Source: Octopus bimaculoides
Taxonomy: Eukaryota
Direction: 5' to 3'
Assembly (NCBI RefSeq): GCF_001194135.2
Contig: NC_068982.1
Coordinates: 113,365,690-113,429,689, forward strand
Length of the DNA: 64,000 nucleotides
Shown here: one piece after another, positions 27,184 to 41,425 of the stretch
Numbering within the stretch: the stretch's first letter is position 1
Layout: the number at the start of each line of letters is the position of its first letter
Translations under genes and position numbers: made by a program
Notes under the pieces: model-generated
Told to the model about the DNA's origin: nothing
Database searches by the model: none
Seen by the model: only the letters and a program-made list of their open reading frames with translations

Positions 27184-27842
27184 ATACATATATATACATA
27201 TATCGTTTTTGTATTTGGTTTGCAAAAGTCTTTATATGAATTCGTGTGTTGAAGTATATATTATTGTGCCGGGAAGAATCATTCTCTTTTAGTGTCTTGT
27301 TAATTTAACAGACTCACCGGTCCGATTTCCACTCATTTACTTATTTGTTTTTACTAAGAATTTCGTTGTGTCTTGCAACCTTTTTAATAGTCGTTGACTT
27401 TGTCCGTTATCGGAACTGCGTCCTTTTTATTTTTATTTTATTTGTTTGTGCGCATGCGTGTGCGTCAGTGTGCGTGCGTATATACATGTGTATGTTTGTG
27501 TGTATGTATATATATATATATATGTATGTGTGTGTATGTATGTGTAAGTATGCATGTATGTGTGTGTGTTTATGCATATAAATATGTATGCATGTGTGCA
27601 CGTTTGTATGTATTCTACATATCCATGTGCTTGTGTGTTCATGTTTGTGTATTTGTGTGAGTGTGTGTGTATATGTGTATGAGTGTATGTTTATTGTTGT
27701 AGATATANNNNNNNNNNNNNNNNNNNNNNNNNNNNNNNNNNNNNNNNNNNNNNNNNNNNNNNNNNNNNNNNNNNNNNNNNNNNNNNNNNNNNNNNNNNNN
27801 NNNNNNNNNNNNNNNNNNNNNNNNNNNNNNNNNNNNNNNNNN

Positions 27843-27877
<35 letters not shown>

Positions 27878-28499
27878 GCATGATTGCATACAAATTTGTA
27901 TACATATTAAAAATGCCTTCGACACACCAAAAAAGACAAATATACGTATATACACGACATAAGGCATATATTTTTATACATAGTTCAATCACCCTTTGTG
28001 ATTCACACTATAAACAATGTTAAACGTGCTTAAAATCATTACATTTCATCAGGCTATCAAAAGCCATAGCCTGGTGCTGGCCTAAATGCACGATATCATA
28101 CATCACAGCCTCCTTATATTTTCATTGGTTGTATTTTACCATCTGCATGTTTTCCACTATCTCCCTTGCCATCTATTCAGTAAGATGAACTATAATTTTA
28201 GTTTCCTGTTTAGTTTCAGCCATCGCCTTCTGTTCTTCCTAAATCTATTTTACGAATTATTTGTCAATGCCTCGATCTTATTTATAACTGGCAGGTAATC
28301 ATGATCAATATATTCCATTTTACACCTTTTTGACAATGTGCAGGAGAGTTTTGTGGATAAAAATCTTTTTCTAAACTTCTCTCCAAATATCATATTAGTT
28401 CTATCTATATGACAAATGAAGTGTCTTTCAATTGTGTTTTAATTCAAACGCTATGACGTTTTGCTCACTTTTAGCATCTAACTGCCATTATTCACAAAC

Positions 28500-29340
28500 T
28501 GAATGTTTTGTTGAGATTACTATTGCGTGTTTTTAAGAATTTGGTTTTCTTATTGCAATATTTTTCACTTTCAAAACAGGATGTATCCCCTCAAAATAAG
28601 ACGTTCTCCATGCAACACATATCAAAAGCATTTTCATAGATAGCGAAGTTTTAATAAAGGTTTGAATGATGTTGAAAGTGTTTTTCTAATAGACTATAAA
28701 CATTACATTCTGCTCACAAGTGTTTCTTCCTTCATGGAAAGCATTTGTATTTTTCTAAAGACCATTTTTATTGCTGTTTCATTTTTCAATAGCAAACCTT
28801 GCTTGACTGTCTAATAAAATTAATTACATAGTTGTTTTAACACCTTTTTTATGTTTTATTTCCATGGTAGGGGTATTTAAAATAACTCTGTCCATTTTCT
28901 GGTTTATTCTCCTTACGAAAAACATTACAAACGTCTAAAGAATCTCTGCACCATATTCATCTCTATGATTTAACAGTTCTACATTTATGCTATCCATGTC
29001 TTAATTACAATTTAGTTTCCGAATTGCCGGTGTAACTCCTTCTGAATTAATTTCTGGCACTTTCTCGATATTAAAGAGAATATATTTTTGTAATTGCTTA
29101 AGCACGTCACAATATACCTCTGCTTTGTAATGTTCCCCACTGTTTTCTCTCCATCTATCAGTTAGTCCATTTGGTTCGGTTAGTAGGTTGCCAAATTTAT
29201 CTTGATTTTTTCTTCTCATTTAGGTACCCTTAATTTTGTTAGATCATTAAACATTTGAAATGCTTTTCTTGAATTATTTACTCGATGATTTCTTGTTTCT
29301 TCACAACTCTCGTTAATCCATGCATCTTTGCTGCCTTACT
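28500..29340 (-). mobile_element. Old RTE-like LINE fragment (EN-RT linker and RT N-terminus)
   Basis: QDKFGNLLTEPNGLTDRWRE..GVTPAIRKL, then MDSINVELL, SSKV, FHEGRNTCEQ; these match the DK.G.LLT....RW.E / AIRKL..K..G.D.I..ELL / GF..GR.T.EQ pattern. Confidence 0.65.
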
Positions 29341-31252
29341 TTTTTTATTCTTTCATTTTTTTCTTTCCTTTCCTACTGACCAATCAATATCCTTATTCTC
29401 TTTCTGTTTCAAATCATTTCCTTTCAACAAGAATTCTGCCAAATATTGTTGTTAATATTGCTTAAGAGACTACTGTTAAATCTTGAAAATTTTGAAAATA
29501 GCCTTCCAGCCAAGTTTGTGTTATTTCTGCCCAGTCCAAGTTTCAGAGATGGCTATCATGTGTATGATATAATAGAAGGATGTTCAGTACAACAGCTACC
29601 TAATTGAATGTGCCTACGGTTGGCATAAAGTATGATGTCGAATGCAATCGAAATACACTCTGTTTGGGAGGCTTTTTTTTTATTTGAACTTATGGATTAT
29701 ATTTTAGCTTCCTTTGTTAGATGAATCATTCTAAACATAATTAGTAAATTGTAGAATATTTTTTCGGGTGCAGTTACGAAATTTTTAGCTTATGGATTTG
29801 AAGATTGTTTTACACTCTTTTATGAAGAGAGATGAAAGTGTATGAGTAGAATTTTCTTCAATTGAAAATATACTCAGCCGGGAAATCTCGGCTTCCTTAG
29901 AACTTTTCTGTACTTGACGTGGCTACCCAAAAATTACATGAAGTTACTAACCCACTGTTTTCAAATCAAACACTCAGCCATCAAAGTATGCACTTACTGT
30001 TCTCTCTTTGCATCTAAGAAAATGCCCTTTAATCTAAATTACAGGTCGTTTGCATTATTTAAAACTTGCACAAAGAGTTAAAGTTATTGTAACAACTGCA
30101 AGTATAACAAATATAGAAATGAACCGATTCCAATAAAATACTTGGATTTTTCCCAGGAAATTCGGCTAATACATATAGTAGATGAAATCAATGAATGAAA
30201 AAATGCCAAACTCAGAATGAAATTATGAATAAAGTGCCAACAATTTTTCTGTACACATTTTGTTTAACCTCATTGTTAAATTTATCTTTATTTCTCGTTT
30301 AAATTGATATAGGATCACCGCTAAGAAGTTATGTTACTTTACAGTAGTTTCTAGTTCCACTTTTATAAACCGGAAATATCATATTTAACGAAAAGGTTAT
30401 GCAGACAAAATCAAATGTATAATTGTCATAAAGAAAAGAGAAATTATTTATATATTTCTTTTTGAAAACTAGATATAACCTTATTGATACGCATTTCATT
30501 ATCATTAGCAAAGCAAGCTTTATTCAGTACATCTTGGTCAATAAAACTGGTTTCACATATAAAGTTATCTTAATAAAAGAATATTTCCGAATATAAATTG
30601 GGTTAAATTTACCTCAAATTGGATTCCACTGCTCCGTCATTGGACATGATATTTAACCTATTAAACAATTCTGGAAGAATGAATATCTCATTAAACTACG
30701 AATGTTAAATATGCATTTGGTTGCCAACAGTTAAAGAAATGCAATTTAAAGAGCTACTATATCTTGGCTATTTACAAAATTGCTGCGTGTAGAAATATCT
30801 TCCAATGTTTTACATCAAAATATTAAATAGCTTCTTAAGGTTCAAATAGTTCCTTATAATCGCTGTTTTAGTAGGTAACCAACTTCTAGCAGTAAATTCA
30901 CCTATTACTGCATTTAAACATTAGTGGTTGATGTTCAACAAAAGGAGCATGAGAATAGAAGAGAAAGGAAACGCACATGATTTATGTGTAACAAGAAAAA
31001 TGTTCTATACATGATCTTAACTTTGTAGGTGTGTGGTAAACAAAAGTAAAGAAATAATTGTTGTCGATCAAAAATGTTATCAAATAAGCTAGATCTCTCA
31101 GAAGATCAACAGTAATCCAAATTAAATCCGATTAGAGATTTCTCTTTTCTGCGACTTTTCACCCCGCTGCTCGTCTTTCTAACGTATTAGTTCCAGAAAT
31201 TTTATTTTCCTACACTCTAACTTATAAAGATTAGCTGTATTCCCCACCAAAC

Positions 31253-31300
31253 ATCATCATCATCATCATCATCATCGTCATCATTATCCTCATCATCATC
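31253..31300. repeat. (CAT)n microsatellite
   Basis: Direct read. Confidence 0.9.
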
Positions 31301-32853
31301 TTTTTCTTCTGAAGACGAAGCAGAGCTTATATGATGGAAGTTACTTCATTCTAAGTAATAGAGACTTTTACATGATGTCAAGTACTGCCTTCCTGCTTAT
31401 TCTTATACGCCAACCTTATACCCACTGCTGAAGCTCGCTTCTATGTCTGCGCTTTTCAACATCTTCCTTTATCAATTTCATTTTCTTACAAACTAGATTC
31501 ATATATAAACCACAGATCCAGTTTGGGGCTAAAAATAATAGCCCAGATCACAACAAAGAAGAATCAATATATTATATATCGGTCTGTCTTGATAACGAAA
31601 ATTCAATCAACATCTCTGTGCTTTAATGAGCAGCTTTCCATTATGTTGTTGTGCTTCATGCATTTAGTGAATTTCATCTCTAGTTCTTTAATTTTGTTTT
31701 ATATTTGTTATTGTTCACTTGATTTACACTTTTAATTTGTTAATAGTTGGCTCGAAACCGACCTTGCCTTTCATCATTTCCTGGTGTAGGTATAATATGT
31801 TAAACGCATCCTGAAAATTTCGAAATCGCATGTGTAAGTTAGAGACTGATATGTCACCTGAACAATTTGCTATGTTTAACATCCTACCGCACGACACAAG
31901 AGATTTAGCATGTAATCACCGAAAGTAAATCCCTTTTAAATAATTCGACCAAACACTGTATCCATATATCGTGTTTTCACAAAAAAAAAAACAAAGAATG
32001 CAGTGAAGAAATCAACAGACAATTTGGCAACTGTCGTTTCATTATTTTAGGGCTAGATTCTTAACAGTATTCACCATCAGATAAATAACATATAACGCAA
32101 GTGGTGGAGTATAACATAATGCATCTCTCTGCTGTTGATGATATTTCATTGGAATATATGAGAGCAGTAAAAATGTCCGCACTTCTATCAACTTGTATAG
32201 CAAGAAACGTGATATACACAAGTGACAACACGTTCAAGATAGGTACACCTACAGTTTTAATTTTAATTTAATATGATATCGTATTTGTTAGCATTGATTG
32301 AGTTTTAAAACATGGAAACTATCAAGAGATTCCAAGGAATTTCAAACCAAATTAAAATACAATTTTACTTAGTTTCAACATGTTTTCCCATAACATATTG
32401 TGAGGTACAAGAATGCATAAATGGATAAAAAAAGCGAAACAACTGAGTTTGTCAAGAAGAGGAATAGTTTCAAATTTTATTGACAAAGACGTCATCGAAT
32501 TTCTCAAACTACCCATCCATTTCGATATGACAGTTATTAATAACAGTCGAATTTCTTTATGGCTCGTAAACCTGCTGGAAATAGCAGCTAAGTAGACTAC
32601 AAGCCAAAATATGCTGTTTAAGAAAGAACATACTGAACATTGTATTTTTAAGTATACAAAAATAAAGAATAGTCACGGCTGGAAAAGCCTGAATGGTAGA
32701 CTTTCTCAAAGTTACTTTAGGGCTATGCATCAATAATACCACTTTACTACCAGGATCGATCACACAAAAGATGCAGCAGTATACGGCATTTTATTTTTAC
32801 TTTGCATTTCTTCGTGTTGTAACTCAAAGCCTGTATGATCTACATTACGGTTA

Positions 32854-32912
32854 CAGTGTAACTGATGAGGAAGGACTTGTTTCGAAATGCCATAGCTATA
32901 TTCATTTCACTG
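32854..32912 (+). ncRNA. Degenerate hammerhead-ribozyme-like motif
   Basis: CTGATGA (32862) - GGAA/TTTC stem II - GAAA (32884); possible stem III ATG/CAT and stem I CAGTG/CACTG with a bulge. Confidence 0.35.
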
Positions 32913-35111
32913 GAAACAGACACGTCTTCTTGCAATTCAATAAGCTAAATCAATTTGGCAACAGACAGCTTCACAAAAATAATAACTACAGCCAATTGAC
33001 CTCTGACACTGTGGAGGTTCTTTGCTTTCTTTTCTAGTATCGATGTTTGATCTCCTAAACAGCCAACGAATAGTATCTAAGTGATCACCTGACCTGCTAG
33101 AAACGGGAAACAAATTGCCTTCAATCAAATTCTACCATCTTAAGAGAAAGGACACAGCCGGAAATGTAATCCGAGTACACTATACATACAAAAAATTCAG
33201 GTTGGTCATAGCAGGGACATCTTTGGTCATAGATCTGTTCAATCACAACAAATTCAAATTAAGCAAAACAAGGAATTTTGTAAGTGGTCAATCTATTTGT
33301 TAAGAATAGCAGCCAAATCTCTGTCAAATTACTGCGTACAATCTTAAAAGTAATGAAATAGTCTTAGAAATATAAAGAGACAGAATGGTCACAGTTGGAA
33401 CGTCTTCGGTTTTAGGCCCGCTCGATCAGGACCGACCAGATATTAAACAGCAATAATATCTTCAAGAGAAAACTGTATAAATTCTACAACCACGTAACGT
33501 ATCTGCCTTCTTTTGATGTCACATAACACCACAGAAAATAGTAGAAATAATTACTGATAAATAGCCTAATGAAAACTCATTATTCATAAATATTATATCA
33601 TACAGATGAAATCTAAAATTCGGTTTTCGATGATTTTCACTTTATGAAATGCTCTTCACATATTGACTTGTTTTCACTTCTTTTGCATTCTCTAATGTCC
33701 TTTATCTAATTTAGTTCTTTATCCTATATTCCTTATTTTCACAACTCTTTCTTATTTTCTCTTATTTTCTACCTCTTATTTTCTCTTGCTTTCTAACTTT
33801 CATTTCCTAAAATTTATGGGGTTTTTTCCTCGGAATTCTTTGTTTTCGACTTATTTAATTGAATGAAATATTTGTAGGTCATTAAAGAAAAACAGAATAG
33901 GAAACAACAATCAGGTCAGAGAATTGTCAGGCAGACCTCAGTGGTTTGTAACAACGCCACCAGTAACTCCAGTCAAGGTAATAATGCATAAAAATTATAA
34001 AAAGGAAAGACGGAACTCGAAAATGAAATAAATAATAAAGATGATAAAATATGTGCTACTTAGCTAAGAAACAGTCAAATTAAAATACTGTAACTATGTT
34101 ACTAGAAGTGTTGTTACGACGTTAATAAAATGCTTTAACATATTTCCCATTACATTTGGTGTCAAAGTTTAGTAGCGTTAATGAATTTTTAAACTGACAA
34201 TTATTGATATTACGAAAAACTTTAAGTAAAGACAATGAATTCAGTGTGTCAGAAATGAGAACAAGAAATGAGAAAATACCGATCTTCATTTGTGAACCTG
34301 TCGTAAGTATCTGTTATTTGACAAATAAAATAGCAGTCGCCAAAGGTTAAGGTCGACTTAATTATGTAATAATACGTGCACAGACGCTAAGTAATTCACA
34401 GTGCTCTCATTTTCCTATAGTAGCCAAATCAATATTTCTGAGCGTTGCTTATGAGATTTTTAAAAACTCCTCTAAATATATGTTGAAAGTTATATATGGA
34501 GACCGGAAAATAGTCAAAAGACAAAAGGTAATGTGTTTTATTCGAACGAGAAAGAAACTTATTAATTGTATTTTTAAAGATACATACGACTGTATACTTT
34601 ATGAACAACGTCAAGAAAATACTTGGTAAATTTAAGATTGCTTTGAACAGCAGTTTCCATGTTTATGAGAGGTAAATGGGGAGCATAAAAGTGCTTTGGG
34701 ACAGGTAACAATAGTAAAACATTTGCTCACATGATTTAACACCACAAACACACATTAATGTCACTTTTAAACACAGTTATGTCTGAAATGCTTTTACAAT
34801 TTATTTGTTTTAATGTCATAATTATAAGGATTAAATTTATCTTTTTACACGTATTCAGTATCATTTAAATATAAGATAAATGATTAAACTGTATTGCCTT
34901 GAAAGTCTATAAATGTCACAGAAACCAGTTAGAAAGTCTACTTACATTCAGCCAACAATATAGTAATATTTCTGAATGTGTAATATACCTCTACGCTCTG
35001 AAGTGTTCATGTTTCAATTCATCGGAAGCAATGTTTTTCAACCTGCGCTAAAAGTTATCTCCATTTTTTTTTTGCTTACTTATTGCTTTTAGGTGACTTT
35101 TTTTTGTGCGT

Positions 35112-35469
35112 GTGTAATACTTTACGCAGTGTGCGTGCTGTTCCAAGTAATGCCGACTTTTGCAATACATCTTCATTGTACGGTGTTTCTAAGACATTCG
35201 TATGTTTTTTTGTTTTGTTTTTTCAGATTGATTGGTATTGAACCCAATGCACCGATGACAATAGGTATAACCTTTGCCACATCTTAGCGATCTCAATTCT
35301 CAAGTCTCCATATTTATCAACCTTCTTCTCTTTCTTTCATGATGATATGTTCATCTCCTGGCACTGCAACGTCAATTATTAGGCACACTTGTTTGTCTCT
35401 CCTAAATGTTACTATATCCAGCCTTCGATACTCTAACACTTCGCCTGAAATTCAAACTCCCAGAGGATT
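35112..35469 (-). mobile_element. R4-clade LINE 3' fragment (restriction-like endonuclease domain), family 1
   Basis: ILWEFEFQ..RRLDIV..CLIIDVAVPGDEHII..KVDKYGDLRIEIAKMW..VIPIVIGALGSIP..LQKSALLGTARTLRKVL (PD..D/E.K RLE signature). Confidence 0.85.
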
Positions 35470-35489
35470 TTTGCCTTCCCTTTTTCGCC

Positions 35490-35815
35490 CACTTTATCGC
35501 AGATTTTGCCGGAGCTCCTGGTGTCTTGCATGCGTACCAGGTTTGCTATCTGCAGCATATGGTACCATGCTATCCGTTCTTTTCAGTTGTCTAATATTTT
35601 CCTGATTATTTTGGCCGTGCCAAGGAGGCAAACCTTTTGTAACAGTTCTACTGGGCACTCTGTTCCGATTTCCTTTATATTCTCCTTGATGCCTTTTGAT
35701 ACTGTTCCCAAGGACCCAACAATAATTGGCACTATCTTCACCTTCTTCATTTTCCATAGCCGGGCTATTTCGTACTTAACAGAGTTATATTTATCTACTA
35801 TTTCGCCTTCCTTCT
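35490..35815 (-). mobile_element. R4-clade LINE 3' fragment with 3' UTR, family 2
   Basis: EIVDKYNSVKYEIARLWKMKKVKIVPIIVGSLGTVSKG..LLQKVCLLGTAKIIRKILDN*; stop at 35583-35585. Confidence 0.85.
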
Positions 35816-35865
35816 AGACTATTCGTGGGTCAAAGTGGCATGCAGCATCAACTATATAGCACATT

Positions 35866-35885
35866 ATTATTATTATTATTATTAT

Positions 35886-35958
<73 letters not shown>
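35866..35958. repeat. (TTA)n-(TAG)n compound microsatellite
   Basis: Direct read. Confidence 0.97.
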
Positions 35959-35959
<1 letters not shown>

Positions 35960-36279
35960 TATGTTTGACTGACTTTTGCTTTGTATATGTACAAGTTCAC
36001 TCCAAGTCTCACCCAGAGACCTCAAGAGACATTTTGATAATGTACACAAATTAAAATGCTTTTGGATTCATATAGACAATATTTTTCATAGAATATGAGT
36101 AGTTTTCACGGGCACTATTTTTTGAATTTCTTCCATTTTTTATTTTCTGGTATCTGAGATAGGGAACAATCAGCCTCTTTTACTATCATTCCTAGAGCGC
36201 CTATGACAACAGGTACTGTTCTAGTCTTCAGGTACTACATTTTTACAATTTCTATTACAATATCTTTATATTTGCATGA

Positions 36280-36456
36280 CGACGCGCTGGTAGAAACGGT
36301 AGCACACAGGTGAAATGCTTAGTAATATTTCGTTTGTCTTTATGTTCTGAGTTCAAATTCCCTTTCGGGGTCGATAAATTAAGTACCAGTGTGTACTGGA
36401 GTCGATCTAATCGACTGGCCCCCTCCCCCCAAATTTCGGGCATAGAGTAGAAAAGA
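36280..36456 (+). mobile_element. Family A SINE with internal deletion
   Basis: Head ..GAGTTCAAATTC is joined directly to CCTTTCGGGGTCGATAAATTAAGTACCAG; the CGCCGAGGTCGACTTTG segment is missing. Confidence 0.85.
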
Positions 36457-36899
36457 AAATCTTTATATTTACTCATTTTTTGGTAGGTCTTTCTTCATGG
36501 ATACATTTATTGTCTAAAAGAAAATTTGATAAATTCCTGAAGTTTACATGGTTGGTATTTTCATTTGTGCGCACGTTAGAATATGCGCTGCAATAGCTGG
36601 ATTTTAAGACAAGTTTAATAGTGTGATGTACAGTCACACCGCGAGAACTATATCACTTGATAAAAAGTAAAATGTCCTTTCCACACAGGTTATCAGGAAA
36701 GAACTTCATCTCAGCATTAGCTAATGTAACTCTTGTCAACTGTAAATAGACTATGTTGCTTACAGCTAGGTGGGCTGCATTACCAATTGCTACGATATCT
36801 TGTCATGGTTACAAAAACGTTCAGGCACCCACCAGAATGCAAACGATTAACCATTTGATCATCAATATATGTATTCTTTGAGGTTATTTTAAACTTCAA

Positions 36900-36943
<44 letters not shown>

Positions 36944-37552
36944 GCCGAAGGCTTCGATAGAATGTTACATTCAAAAGCAAATTAAGACGTAGAATACACC
37001 TACACATTTACTGGCATTTGTATATAATAAATCTTAAAGAATATAAGATTCACAATTCATAACATTTTAACAAAATAAATTATCTACATTTTTCCTTAAA
37101 TGTGAAAATGAAATATGTTATCCATATATAGACGTGCATGCGTAAATAAATATTTACATTCAAATGTGATACACACGCAGACATACACACGCGCATACAG
37201 TGACCGACACGTAACCTCAAACAGATACACATACATTCACCGCAGCACAAACACACACACTTACGTGCACGTATACGTTTGAAAGGAATACAGCACTCCG
37301 TCACCACTCACATTGTTTTTCTTTTTGTGGTCATTTACTCCTCACGACAAACTTATAAAGAATTATACACAAGGAGAAAATCTAATAAGAAACTTCGGGC
37401 GAACAAATATAATAGATTACTTGTGTTGAAGATCCCTTCGCTTGTGATTCTAAACGTGTGTGTATGTGTGTTTATATATATAAACATATATACATGTATG
37501 TATGTATGTATGTATGTATGTATGTATGTATGTATGTATGTATGTATGTATG

Positions 37553-38556
37553 TGCAGATTTTTGTGTTATATGTATGTATTCTCAAGCATAGAGTTGCAT
37601 ATCTAGACATGCTCATATATATTTAAATGATAAACTTCTGGAAAGTTTTACAGATTTTTACAGTTCCAGTGATGGATTGGATCTGTAGTCTTCGAATTAG
37701 CTCTCTCCTTTCTAGTTTTGAGAAGCCTAATTTCTCAAGGTTGGTATTTAAGCAATGTGTTACATATCCCAGGGCCCCAACAATTACAGGTATAAACTTG
37801 AACTTTACTCTGGATAGAGAAACTGCAGATTTCTGAATAGTTCAGCATAGGTGTTCTCTTTTTCACTGATCATCAGCTTTATGTTAACATCCGCTGGGCA
37901 GCTGGTTTCAACAATTGTGCACAGTTTTTCTTCTCTATCCTAAATCATTATATCAGATCTGTTGTGTTTACATTTTATTGAGGTCTTCACTATTACATTC
38001 CACCAGTATTCCTTTTCATTATGAGTGGCTATGGCTTCTACCATATTGTGGGTTCTTATTTCTTTGTCCTCGAGATTATCCTTCCGACGGATATCATTAT
38101 AGAGTGTCCTAGCTACAACGTCATGTCTCATCGGTAGATAATACTGTGATGACATTTTCAGACGACTGCTTATGATGTGGATGATATCTTCAGTGTAAAC
38201 TCCACAAAGTCTGCATCGGTTGTCACATTTTACGGCTTTTCCTGCATCTCTATCCCTTTTATGCATCAGGTACTTGGTTGATATTTCCTGTTCCTGGATT
38301 GCAAATGCATACCCTTCAAAGTGGGTGGTAGTAATCTGGCTATTCGTCCGTGATAAACTGCTTTGATGATCGATCTTACTATCATCACGGAGTTTTGTAC
38401 TAACATACCTATGCATATAGGCTCATCTGATGATACGTTATGGGCATGTATTTTTGGTTATCAGACAAAGTGTTGCTCAAGAAGCTGCCTACCAAGTCTT
38501 ATGATGTTATCAGCCTCATGTAGGCAAACTTGGTCAAGGGATGCACTTCGACACTT
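37553..38556 (-). mobile_element. Dong/R4-type non-LTR retrotransposon 3' fragment, copy 1 (zinc knuckle + RLE)
   Basis: ORF 37940-38416: FAIQEQEISTKY..CRLCGVYTEDIIHIIS..YYLPMRHDVVA..EYWWNV..KHNRSDIMI; flanked on both sides by (TATG)n. Confidence 0.9.
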
Positions 38557-38613
38557 GTATGTATGTTTGTATGTATGTATAGTTTTATGAGTCACCTGGA
38601 GTCACATGGTACT

Positions 38614-38985
38614 TTATTAGAAGAAAGTTGATAGATCACCTGTAGGTTTATATAGGGAGATATTAACAAAGGACATTTTATAAGTTAATTGCATAGTTTT
38701 ATAGGCAAATTATTAGAAGACAACTGTAGATTCATAGGATATCTTTCAAGAGAAAATTTATAGCTTAATCTGTAATTTTATATGCAATTTATCAAGAGAA
38801 AATTTATCGACCAACTACAGTTTTACATAATTTATACCTTTTATTATAACGATGTGCAGGTCACCAATAATTTCATACTAAAACTATTAGAAGACAAATT
38901 ATAGGCCACTCTATAACTTTACTGGCAATATATCTTGAGTTACACAATAGGACAACTATAGCTTAATAGAGCGACTATCAGAACG
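38614..38985. repeat. Degenerate ~45-bp-period tandem repeat
   Basis: Recurrent TATTAGAAGACAA / CAAGAGAAAATTTATA / GGACAACTATAG units. Confidence 0.45.
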
Positions 38986-41328
38986 TAATTAATAAGACGG
39001 GAAGTACGTCAAGAAACAATTTTCTAAAATAATTGTAATTTATATGAAGATTCCTTTACCATGCTCAACGTTGGTCGTGCCAACAGTGAGTAGCCTTTTT
39101 TTAAAATCAACATCATATTGACCATACCAAGTAACACCGAATCTGTTTACATTACTGTTGAAAGGGGGGGGGGTAGAACCTAGACCCTTCCATATATACA
39201 ACATATAATCTTTCCCTTGAACTTACTTCTAGCTATATATTAAGCAGGATGATTTTTTAAAGCAATCTAAAGATAGATTAATTTGTTTACCAAGTTTTTT
39301 TTCCATACCTATACAAGAGATTAACATCTCACTGGCAGTTTGAAAGTTTATAATAAAATAAGAGATTATCAAATAGCTCGGGAGAACTTCTTGAGCGAAA
39401 TATAATTAGAAATCCCAGTGTTTTGTTTTATAGCTTTTTGGAAGATTGAGAATTTATGAGAAAAGGATGATAGGTTTTTCTTCTGTTTTGTTTAGTACTT
39501 TTTTTATTCATTAAACGCTGATTTATAGTATAGCTTCCGGTAAAACATTAAAGATTTGAGAGTTGAATATTGTGTCTATATGTATGTTATTTTTCTCCAC
39601 TCCTACAGTGACAATTATTTCTAAAAGATGTATCGTTTCATCTTAATTGTAAATAGTTTCCTGAATCCGATCACCGTTCAGTAGTTGAGTGCATCTTTCT
39701 TCATGTTTAAAAAATAACGGACTACATTGCTGACAAGATGCAATTAAAGTAAAATTTCACAATATATCATAAATTCGTAGAGAAAATACTTCATAAAACA
39801 TATTTGTTCCGAGTGATGTTCCCCCACCAAGTATTTTACAATAGATGCCGACTGTTACAGATGTAGTCTAATAAACCATTAACTATACTGTGTGTGAGAG
39901 AGTGTGTTTCTTTGAGTGTGTTCTAACATATATACTCAAAGTCTATAAGCATCATACACTCGGAGAACATACCATTATATGAATATTTACTAAGATTTTG
40001 GAAAATATGTGCCGATACGTGCATATGGTTCTAAGATATATCTCAATGATGTTCTAGAATGCATCATCTGCGGTGTTTCTTATGTCTTCGGGGATTTTCA
40101 GGTCTTTCAACATCAGACCCATGTGCATTTGATCCAGCGAGGATTGGCCAAATCGCAACTAGTATCTCTTGAAACAAGAAACCACTTGTCTACTCTCTCT
40201 ATCCGAAGCCATCTAGTGAGCTTCTCTGCTGCTAAGATGATGCGATGTGCGGTTCCTCACTTTGCTCCACTTTGCACATATACATATACAGACATGCATC
40301 ATATATAAACAAACATTATATATACATTTACTATGTTTATGCAACTATATACATGTCCGCTTTTGTATCTGTGTGTGTATGTGTATTGTATTATTGTATA
40401 TCTTATACAATAATACAATCACACACTCCTGAGAGACTTCTTGCCCGCAACAGGAATATACCTAAGTACTTAAACATTCAGTAAAAAGTATGCGCTGATA
40501 ATTCACACTACGTTACCGGACACACGCTGTTTAAGAATATTACATTTATACAACTATAAGAAACGATTGCGGAAATCCAGATTTTTCAATGGTGGGGCTC
40601 GCTCGTCATATTCTTTTCGTCATTTCTCTCTTCCTTCTTTATCCTTCTGTCCTTTGTTATAACAGCTTTCAGTGTAAACTTCATCAATCATTTATTTATT
40701 CATTCAATTATTCTGAAGTTTCCATAGTAATTTCAATGCAAGTCAAAGCAACTGTCAAAGAGTTAAAACGGATTTATACACAAATTTTCTATACTTAGCT
40801 ATAATTTGTGGTTTAAGGTTAACAAATAGAGGAAAAGATTTCTCCAGAATGCCCAAAGCAAAAATAGAAAGGCTAGTTATTAGAGGCTCATGTAAATTGT
40901 TCTTTTGAGAAGCAGACTGTGGGCGTCAATACATGTCGACAAATACTCAAACATTTTTTTTTTAATCTTAGAAGCCATTAGTAATATGAATTGACGATAT
41001 TGTATAAATGTAAAATTATATAAATTTATTCTATATTCATTATATGAAGCGTTCCTCACTTTCACGTGTGAAATAATGTATATGAGTGAATGTGTGTGAT
41101 ACAGTTAGCTTACTTTCTATTATGTCTATGCCATGGGAGGTAAACTAATGTAAATACATCTTGTTATTCTTCTCGCACACAAAAATACAGGATTATTCTT
41201 ATTTTTCTCTGTGAGAACAATACAATAAGAGGTATTATATTTGTTTATTTTCCCTAACGGAAGACGTTATGAAATGTAAGCTAACTGCATTAAATTTATG
41301 TTAAATTTTCTAATACTCGGTGCTTGAG

Positions 41329-41330
<2 letters not shown>

Positions 41331-41421
<91 letters not shown>
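41331..41421. repeat. (TG)n microsatellite
   Basis: Direct read. Confidence 0.97.

Positions 41422-41425
<4 letters not shown>

Noticed and set aside
32693-33037. 114-aa ORF
   Set aside because: No domain motif, AT-rich composition, overlaps repeat relics.
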